NCBI GenBank assembly: GCA_964019425.1
Contig: OZ025795.1
Location: forward strand, 1,240,001-1,304,000
Reading direction: 5' to 3'
DNA: 64,000 bases
Source: Flectonema sp. DT1601
Taxonomy: Eukaryota
The translations under genes were made by a program, and so were the position numbers. Each line of letters starts with the position of its first letter. Position 1 is the stretch's first letter. Under the pieces are notes generated by a model. It had not been told where the DNA came from and did not search any database. It was given only the letters and a program-made list of their open reading frames with translations. Positions 56,501 through 64,000 of this stretch are shown one piece after another.

Positions 56501-59269
56501 AGTGCTTTATGGATTAAGTGGACCAATCCGAGAGTTGCTACTGCTGAACATGTTCGAAAAACACTAAAACGATTTAGGTTTGGGAATTTCAGCAGAGATC
56601 CCGTCCCTGGAGATCGAGTGTTACAAGTATCAATGGTTAACCCAAGAGGTGATTGTTCTTCTTCTAATATTAATATTGAGATTGTAGCTGAAGACAATCC
56701 GACAACAATGGAAATCGCTACTAATCGACTGCTCTTCAGACAGATGTGCGCAGCATCTCTTCCTCTTCAAAGACGAAAATACGTCTCTCTCCCCATCCTC
56801 CGACCTTGTCTTGGAGTCAAAGTCGACGACGTTGACACCGACAGGTTTGTTGGAGGATATATCGAATGTGTAATATCACCTTCATCAGGTATGCAAAAGG
56901 GAGATTTACTAGTTTGGGCATGTCCGGTAGCGACTACACGTGAACAAAGTAATTCAATGGACCCGTCAACAGTTCACGTCTTTATGAAAGATAATAGTGA
57001 GAAAGCTGTTATGTTTGAACACCGACAGGTAGCTTCAATAGTAAAAGGAATAGTACTTGACCATCCTGGAACCCAAAGAAGGGAAGCTCTTGAATCGTTG
57101 GTAGCGACAGTTGATGACGATGAGCTTGAGGCTGTCAGTTTATTATTCACTCAAGATGGTTCTGCATCGATAGCTTGCTGTTCTAAAGCTTTAGAAGCTG
57201 TTGGATGGACTAGCACGTTGTGGAGACCACGTGAAGGTGAGCGTCAAGTCGATATATTCCTACAACCTGGTCACAGTATTCCAAGGCAATCTGTCGACAC
57301 TTTCAAAAATAAAAATCTCGTGTCATTAATGAATAGCGACAGCACCAACAATAAACAACTAGACCCACCCTTAGAAGATAAAATCACTATAAGAATAACA
57401 CCTGAATTCTTTGAGGTTTCACAACTAACTTTACAATACAGAGAAGGTTCAGGAACCGTTAGACTTGCTCCGTTTGAACTTTTATCTGACACTTTAGGAT
57501 ATGAGTGTTCAGAATACTCAAGGGGTTTTATAATGCTGGAAATTATCGAAGGGGGTACTGTTCATGATAGTATTTGTATGAGAGACTCTTCTGATTTACG
57601 ATTAATAAAAAGAGATGAAAAAGATGACGTTGATAAGTCTGAAGAAAGTTGTACTCCAGGTAGCAGATTAAAGGCATCTGTTGCTGGTGTTATTGCTGTT
57701 CAAAAAACACGTCATTCCCTTGTTGGTTTCTTGGGTGATACTCCTCGTGCTGTTAAAATCGAACCGAAAGTATCATTCTGTGGTCCTCTTAGTACAAAGG
57801 AAAGGATTCAAACAAAAATATCACAACAAGCAAGAGCTAACTTAGCATTACGTGATTTCATAGTCACAAGTACACAGCAATCAGTGCTACAGAGACTGCA
57901 GTTAAAACGTCGTGAGACTCGAGAAAGAGAGAGACATGTCGCAGCAGCTGAATTGAGATCTGGCAGTTGGGAAGTTACGATTTCAGGTGTGCTGATTGGA
58001 ACACTGAGCGTGGCATCTGGCTGGTTGTGTTTACAATTTAGCTCTAAAAGTGTAAAGAGAAAAGATGTCGTTCAGGTTCTTCGCAGTCTCACATATTCAA
58101 ATGCCGGATCTAATGTAGATTCTCTAACTAAACTTTGTAAAGTAACAGTTAATGATGGTGGTCAGTGTTGGTCTGAATCAATTATTCAAATCGACATTCA
58201 AGAAGTTGACGACATAACTGAAATCATAATAAAGAATCCGAGAATAGTATTCCGTCTTCAAACTAGTAAACCTGATGAACAAAAAATATGTCCTCTCGCA
58301 CCATTTGGTTCAATTTGGTTAGAAGATGATGATACAGAGTGGTTCACAGGCGGTTTTGTTTCCATTGAACTTATTGCTGGACATTCAAAATACGATCAGT
58401 TAGCATTCATGTCTGTGTCGGATCAAATTATGATGAGGAAGGGAATCGAACAAGTTCACTCTTCGTATCCATTTGTACCAGAGGATATCCCTTTGTTGGA
58501 ACTTCGAGAAGATCGATCGATTGTAATTTATGAAAGTAATCCTCCTGTTGTTGTTGGGACCTTGTCTTTACCAAAAAGTGAGAATTGGGCACCTTCAAAT
58601 AATTTAAAAATTTCATTTTCAAAAACTCCAAAAATCGTATCTCTGCTAACAGCATCGTATTGCTTGAGTTGTATTTCGTATTTTAATAACTGTGACAGGG
58701 CTCAGGCTAATACACGAGTTTACCTAATTACTGTTTCTGACGGAGTAAACCCCGACTGTGGTAAAGGAAAGGTTTCCATTGATGTATACAGTCCTATTAT
58801 TACAAATACTTTATCTCCAAGTGTTTATAGTGAGGATGTTTTTGTTAAATCAGATGCGACAGCTTTACTCTGTTCCAAGATAAATGTTTGTTGGATAACA
58901 CAACCATTGTCTGCTCCGAATACAAAATCTGATAAGAAAGATGTTCTGCAATCGGGTCAAGTTTCACTCAACATTGTGAGTGGTAGAAACGAAGGTGATT
59001 TGTTGATCATTAAAAAAGAATTAACTCTAAAAGAGTCATCGTTTTATTTTCTAAGGGATTTCGCTGGAAAGGGTTTACTGTCTAGCGACAAATTTCAAAT
59101 TGAATTTTCATCTTCAACGAAATTAAAAGTAAAACAACTGATTGACATCCTAAAGACGATGTCTATAAAATTAGGACCTGGCGATGATCTGCGAGTTGTG
59201 AAAATTGCACTCGTGGATCAGGTTGGATCGTGTGAGGCTTTCGTCACCGTCCATCCGCTTGTGAAATAG
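53531..59269 (+). CDS. Large protein: RNI-like LRR + coiled coil + tandem beta-sandwich-like repeats
   Basis: 1912-aa single ORF. ITHLDLSGCPLG and ISSVDLSNINI LRRs, an E/K/R-rich coil, and repeated D.D...F.GG...L....Y.N.......V...DG motifs. Confidence 0.85.
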   Translation: MSEMLRLESGDSSGPSLHLQELSGRHKRRRASCMSSLRWNSINSIALKTLLQSKVGRSPAMLGSDIKMSSNPRFVGLLSYMKQTTSPISGGITHLDLSGCPLGTPDFVVLKPILSAHPSISSVDLSNINISSVAARDLIEIVTANNQIMEIDFSDSTIPSRAAVIIDSLLGRNRLLHERRCHQLRKREFKKIQKREKLYQDKHIEMMTSEAQDGLSEIKKEEKIMRQELTVLEQIDYKKSSRQTHRRIRRIRKEEAILLLTITEAELREEINHSELIELVLLSEIQEDAQRRLCCLINDTLVHFLKRGELSDWSNSKKLEKVRRLSEQQKRRSVEQEFEKCRIKIEDEFLSILQTVLKTEEALGRANSLELQSDREAKEARELYIKEREAKEIQERELWERKQAELEANRKRDQQQKQRDLVSFEEDKTRKVINIDHDALFVIYTNMQRADFTVVHLSGDLKILERQRSELLLVKPIVEIDFNIEADNFHPRTYFVNTIAPVHVVKEPKIEISLPTGFVESISAVEKKIKNMVKDLREAHDHANRECLRIHAKHENGVRNVLSRYFNVVLPKEVPPLEAATVTSVIVLISCSVTPLPASTKRRRLKDAVGKAQQRIVKNISLYPEVHQRVFKPVELLALEKISITGGSLEVAATDVCEFDRFYCDTKWESTAPGTLAITRAVHQSGVKTNLLKNKKSQYRMNKLVNLFSIRMNPQSKPQSSGSLNAHKAEGWIDDVPAVSDSSDSESSDMHLSTFEQSRSSKDTRQATHYARITFPDGNIIPPSAIVDLIESISYNIKQSPELDVGGNLPQERRFLFDFKFNFGAAGSDAPPQTVVSQKYCFIILENPLLHIPQSERHVVYTEDTPPDLCKLFGGIVFTEPSVCLHREPSVLINESQQHSIVSGTFHNYILKLEFIEGYTYDDVLLFSYSDSIHLRYDGDPENQNTTNEPCMTLWLEDKDLSDKPVPIGVVVKGMVFSTSRPPTKPYPGNSALWIKWTNPRVATAEHVRKTLKRFRFGNFSRDPVPGDRVLQVSMVNPRGDCSSSNINIEIVAEDNPTTMEIATNRLLFRQMCAASLPLQRRKYVSLPILRPCLGVKVDDVDTDRFVGGYIECVISPSSGMQKGDLLVWACPVATTREQSNSMDPSTVHVFMKDNSEKAVMFEHRQVASIVKGIVLDHPGTQRREALESLVATVDDDELEAVSLLFTQDGSASIACCSKALEAVGWTSTLWRPREGERQVDIFLQPGHSIPRQSVDTFKNKNLVSLMNSDSTNNKQLDPPLEDKITIRITPEFFEVSQLTLQYREGSGTVRLAPFELLSDTLGYECSEYSRGFIMLEIIEGGTVHDSICMRDSSDLRLIKRDEKDDVDKSEESCTPGSRLKASVAGVIAVQKTRHSLVGFLGDTPRAVKIEPKVSFCGPLSTKERIQTKISQQARANLALRDFIVTSTQQSVLQRLQLKRRETRERERHVAAAELRSGSWEVTISGVLIGTLSVASGWLCLQFSSKSVKRKDVVQVLRSLTYSNAGSNVDSLTKLCKVTVNDGGQCWSESIIQIDIQEVDDITEIIIKNPRIVFRLQTSKPDEQKICPLAPFGSIWLEDDDTEWFTGGFVSIELIAGHSKYDQLAFMSVSDQIMMRKGIEQVHSSYPFVPEDIPLLELREDRSIVIYESNPPVVVGTLSLPKSENWAPSNNLKISFSKTPKIVSLLTASYCLSCISYFNNCDRAQANTRVYLITVSDGVNPDCGKGKVSIDVYSPIITNTLSPSVYSEDVFVKSDATALLCSKINVCWITQPLSAPNTKSDKKDVLQSGQVSLNIVSGRNEGDLLIIKKELTLKESSFYFLRDFAGKGLLSSDKFQIEFSSSTKLKVKQLIDILKTMSIKLGPGDDLRVVKIALVDQVGSCEAFVTVHPLVK

Positions 59270-59450
59270 GTTATCTCTACGAAGGCATTGACTGTTAATT
59301 TGTTTTCTCTTGTAAAAAAAGAAAATAAATAATTCCAGTAGACGGTATCAGTTGGGTATCACATTTACTTTCTAAACCTCACACTCAAAACGAAACATTA
59401 AATAATTTCATCGTAGGAATAAGAACCGTTTACACGGTTGCTAAGTTCTA

Positions 59451-59481
<31 letters not shown>

Positions 59482-59538
59482 TCTTTTTTATTTATTTCTA
59501 AGAGTAAACATTATTCCTTTGTTCTGTTCAGGGAGAGG

Positions 59539-61037
59539 ATGAAAACATGGATTGGAGTAATATTGTTTATCCAGCTTGGTATCGTAGTGATGTGGGGGTT
59601 CACTAGTCATCCGAGTATGAATTCTTTAAAGGGAAGACAAGAATCTCTAAACAAACCTGGAATGGTTGTTCAAAGAAGTAAAATAAAAACACAATCATTT
59701 AACCTTGGTGAACGACCAATCCTAAGAGTTGACAAGAACGCAAACTCAGCAGAGAGCGAAGGACTAAACCCCGCTGGTCATTACACAAACGAATCTATCT
59801 TTGTAGCTTTAGCGTCATACGGAGACAGGGAATGTGCGCCGACAATAATAAGAGCCTTCCAGAGAGCGGCATATCCAGATAGAGTCTTCTTTGGTGTTTT
59901 TCAACAACACAATTGCAGTAATGGAATTGACGACTACTGCGTTGATTGTACAGCAGCTCTTCATGACATGTTGAACTGTCCTCATGATGTTCTGTGCAGC
60001 CGACTTTGGCAAGTACGAGTTTCTCGCCTACCTATGTCGAGCACTCAAGGAGTTACATACGGTAGGTACATGGCTGAAAAACAATACAGAGGTGAGACAT
60101 ACGTTATGAATATCGACTCTCACAGTCACTTCTCACGAGGATGGGATAGCGTTATTATTGATATGCATCACCGCATTGGAGATCCAATGGCAATCATCAC
60201 TACGTATCCTGTTCATTATGATGAAAACCATCTTGGTCATGATAAAGGTTTGTAGCATTTTATTTTGTATTTATTCTCTTTTGTTTTTAGTGGTCACAAA
60301 AACCAACAGATGACAACTATGCGTTCCCAAAGGGGACAGTAGACATGTGCATATGTAGGACAGAACAGGTAAAAGTTGTAGATACGCGAAGCTTCAAGCA
60401 CACGGTAGGTAGAGTATGTGATTATTAATATTAACCACCGATAGTATTGTATTCAGAATCTTGGGTTCTCTGGACTTCCTAATAAAAAAAATATAATAAA
60501 CTACTAAAAAAACAGATGGCTCGACCAAAAAAACCAATCAGAACTGCATTCTTAGCTGCTGGGTTTAACTTCGCACCAGCATCAAGACTTGAAAAAGTTC
60601 CGTATGATCCGAAAACTCCATTTTTATTTGATGGAGAAGAGATGTCTTTTGGTGTGAGGGCATGGACTCATGGATTTGACTTGTATCACCCAGACGTTCC
60701 TATATGTGCTCATCTTTATATTAGGGGAGGGTCGAAGTTGAGACCGGTATTTTGGACTGAGAATTGGGGAGTGAGATATAAGATTCAGTACAAGTCAACC
60801 ATGAGAGTTAATTACTTTCTAGGTCTTCATGATCTCTTTGATTCGAATGTACCACTTTCTGATATTGATATTAGCGAGGAATCAATTTACGGAGTGGGAA
60901 CTGTCAGAACAGTAAAACAATTCTTCGAATGGGCAACCATGACTGTAACCAAAGACAACATGAAACCTCCTGACTTGTGTCATATATACGAACAAGGTGG
61001 CATGCCTGCTATTCACAGACCGGGAATTGATCCTTAG
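59539..61037 (+). CDS. GT60-family GlcNAc transferase (Gnt1-like), type II membrane (exons 59539-60247, 60310-60413, 60516-61037)
   Basis: N-terminal TM, SIFVALASYGDREC, IDSHSHF, FLAAGFNF and YDP..PFLFDGEE...RAWTHGFDLY. The second donor could be 60405 or 60414 (both phase 0). Confidence 0.88.
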
Positions 61038-61127
61038 TACTGACGCATAGAACCTCCTGAAAAGTAGACCAAGAAATATCTATCACTGAATAGACAGATA
61101 ATCAAGTTATGATTCCTTGGGCCACGT

Positions 61128-61238
61128 TGACTGCCATGACTGCCATGACTGCCATGACTGCCATGACTGCCATGACTGCCATGACTGCCATGACTGCCAT
61201 GACTGCCATGACTGCCATGACTGCCATGACTGCCATGA
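61128..61238. repeat. Minisatellite (TGACTGCCA)x12
   Basis: Perfect 9-bp tandem repeat in intergenic DNA. Confidence 0.98.
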
Positions 61239-61565
61239 ATGGATTCAAACATTACTTTAATTACCTTCAAGAACTGTGTGAATTGCTTTTAGAAAGCTAA
61301 TATTCTTCTGCGCTAACTGTTACATACCAGGGATATGTTGTTTTGTCTCTTTTCATTAAATTTATTTTTTTTTTCTTCCACCCCTTCGTTTTTAAACAGC
61401 GTTCTCTCACACAAAAAGTGTTTTGCCAATGCGAAATGTTGGAACTGATTTTAAAGTCATTGTGAGTGTGTTCAGAAAACATACTTTTCCTCTTCCACAT
61501 AAAGAGAGAGACGTTACGAAACTGAGGGTTGAAATTAATTTTATTATTTTTAGCTCAAACAGTAC

Positions 61566-62309
61566 ATGTCAATTCTCCCATTGTTTGATACCCGTAAACC
61601 ACGTAGTAGGGGATCATGTCTTGACAATGCTATTGAGGCATTAGAAGGGATCAGTGAACCAAAACAGTCTTCGGAACAGTCACAAAACATATCCACTGGA
61701 GTGTTGTTGAAGAGGCATAAGATGATGTTGGAAAAGGAAAACAGAATAAAAGATCGACGTCAGCGGAAGAAGATGAAGGAAATCAGTAGACTGCATTGGG
61801 AGAATCACGAACGAGAGCGAATGGAAAATAAAAAGAAATCAAAAAATCTAATAAAACTTTGGATGGGTAGGAAACTCGAGCAGTTGGAATACCAAACCGA
61901 ATCCAGAGATGCGGAGTTAAGAGAACGCGAACACCGACATCAGTCAGCTCTTTCAAAAAGTCGTAAATTACGAGTTCTAAGACACGCTCTCTCTCTTCAA
62001 GATGAACGACTCTGTCGTCAAATATATTTAAAACATTGCTACTCAAAACATTCAAAGAAATCACAATCTCTTAAAGTAAAGGAAGCTTTAGAACATCAAA
62101 GTGCACAACTATTCGATCAACATGTTAAAGAACAGTCAAAGATGAATCAATCTTCAATTCAAATGATAACTGAACAATTAGGAAACTTAAAACATCTTCA
62201 GGTGTGTTATTGGTCTAAGAAATGAAACACCTCTCTCCCATTATAGTATTCAATATAGTAGACGAAGACAAGAAAACTCTTTGTACAACACATTCGGGGT
62301 TCATCTATA

Positions 62310-62340
<31 letters not shown>

Positions 62341-62990
62341 AGATTGCTGAGCATCACAGACAGCGTGTACGTAAAAAACATGCTCAGAATATGGCTGAGT
62401 GTAGCGCTCGTACTGAGTTGCTGAACCAAAGTCAGAGAATAAGACAACAGGAAAATCAAATGAGAAATTCCCAACACATTATAATTTCTTCTGAAGGATA
62501 TCATCGAAGCAAATTCATTCAGAAAGAATCACTTGAGAGAATTCGTTACAAAAAGCTACTGAGAAATACATTCAGCAGCGTCTGGTGTGATATAAAACCA
62601 TTAAGAACATCAGAAGAACAAAACACTAGAAACACACTCAAAGCACTACAAGGAGCTCTAATTTCGAATTACAGTCAGCAACAAAGTGATCATCGAATTC
62701 AAGAAAAGTCGATTAAAAATAATCAACGACAGCTTTTAATAAAAAAAAAAACAGATTCTAACAAACAGCAACGAGAACTTTTAAAAAAAGCTCTTCTTCA
62801 AGTGAGCGAAGAACAATCCCGACCGGTGTACAAATCACGGAGGATGCAGTACATCACATCACTTAAACAACAACAAAACAAAGAACAAACGAATCTTAAT
62901 TGGGAAGAGATTCTAAACTGCAATAATGAAAATAATTCTATTGAGGAATATAATGAACTTCTTAGAATGGAATTACCTTCTCCGAAATAA
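61566..62990 (+). CDS. Hypothetical coiled-coil protein (exons 61566-62201, 62343-62990)
   Basis: A phase-0 GT...AG intron joins two K/E/Q/R-rich ORFs. Confidence 0.72.
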
Positions 62991-63166
62991 GTAAACCACT
63001 TCTGTGGTTTTGTTATTTACACTTTTTTTTTTTTGGTATTGCCTGCTTCTTTAGTATTTATTTATTTTGATGTTTTAGATGTTACATTCTCACTCTCATT
63101 TCAGATAGGAAGCCATAGCAGAGATCTGGTCCGAAGGTGTTTTGGCATTAATAAAAAAAAAAAAAA

Positions 63167-63976
63167 ATGTCGTTTGCTATGCATCTTGAGAACAGAGGTC
63201 TACATGGAGCTCTTTTTGCAGCGATCTTATCTCTGTATGCTTTGAGGAAGGGTTCCTTAACTGTAACGGGTAGCATGGCAGCATGGGTTGTCGGGTTTTG
63301 TACGTATTTAGCAAGTGGTTGGCATGTAGCTGTATTGCTGATGTTTTTCTTTGGAGGTACGAAATTGACTAAAGTTGGTCCGGAAATGAAGGCTTTGCGT
63401 GAGGAAAACTACGCTAGTCACGGAGGAAGAGATCACTACCAAGTTCTTGCTAACGGTGGTTTGGGAACTGTGTTGAGTTTACTTTGGATAAACGACAAGT
63501 CAAACTCATGTTTACTAACGGCATTCTTAATCCAATACGCGGTAGTCGCAGGAGATACCTTCGCATCTGAAATAGGAATTCTAAATACGAGTAAGCCCAG
63601 ATTGATATTTGGCTTCAAAGAAGTCCCTCACGGTACTAACGGTGGAGTAACACTTCTTGGTACTGCTGCGAGTATTGTTGGAGGGTTTTCAATTGGAGCG
63701 ATAAGTCTAACTATACTTCCACCTGGACAACTATCAGTTCACCCGATCGTGTTGGGAGCTGTTGGTGGGTTTATTGGTTCTATTGTTGATAGTCTTCTTG
63801 GTCAGTTTTTAGAGTACTCTGGTTCTACTCCATCAGGAGTCGTAACAAATAATCCAACTTCTAAAGGATCTGTTCGTATTCCTGGAACTTGGTTAACAAT
63901 TCTAAATGGCAATCATGTTAACTTCCTCGCTTCTGTAATCACCACATCGTGTCTTACTTACATAACATGTGTGTAG
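63167..63976 (+). CDS. TMEM19: TMEM19/DUF92 family membrane protein
   Basis: GGRDHYQVLANGG, GDTFASEIG, VPHGTNGGVTLLG and GSIVDSLLG. Confidence 0.93.
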   Translation: MSFAMHLENRGLHGALFAAILSLYALRKGSLTVTGSMAAWVVGFCTYLASGWHVAVLLMFFFGGTKLTKVGPEMKALREENYASHGGRDHYQVLANGGLGTVLSLLWINDKSNSCLLTAFLIQYAVVAGDTFASEIGILNTSKPRLIFGFKEVPHGTNGGVTLLGTAASIVGGFSIGAISLTILPPGQLSVHPIVLGAVGGFIGSIVDSLLGQFLEYSGSTPSGVVTNNPTSKGSVRIPGTWLTILNGNHVNFLASVITTSCLTYITCV

Positions 63977-64000
63977 CTCTTATTTGAGATGTTTTTTTAT

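Noticed and set aside
61034..61300. ORFs encoding (HGS)n or (TAM)n
   Set aside because: These are translations of the 9-bp minisatellite with no other coding evidence.

Overview
AT-rich eukaryotic (protist) genomic DNA. It holds about 24 protein genes, all on the + strand, plus 11 short GT-AG introns and pyrimidine-rich AG sites just upstream of start codons. This organisation suggests polycistronic transcription with SL trans-splicing in an intron-containing euglenozoan (diplonemid-like; inference). Recognisable genes: VPS28, XRRA1-like LRR, EGF-like membrane protein, VPS8, FAD oxidoreductase, mS23-like, BTB/SPRY, UNG, CCDC151-like, CCCH zinc-finger, DUF4419, RMND1/DUF155, CDK7-like, GT60 GlcNAc transferase and TMEM19/DUF92. 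The most interesting material is a family of ubiquitin-like-domain + BspA-type LRR genes built from 75-bp repeats. One intact copy (40403-42907) is a combinatorial string of a few repeat types. Its broken paralogues (1-5.2 kb) carry three copies of a ~0.7-kb non-coding element. Every copy is inserted at the same nucleotide of the LRR repeat unit, starts exactly with a sequence folding as an HDV-like self-cleaving ribozyme and ends in oligo(T); two of the three have 18-20 bp target-site duplications. This looks like a site-specific, ribozyme-headed SINE-like retroelement targeting a protein repeat. Nearby are decayed restriction-like-endonuclease retrotransposon fragments, a second structured repeat family and candidate structured ncRNAs. 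All assignments were made by eye, with no database searches.
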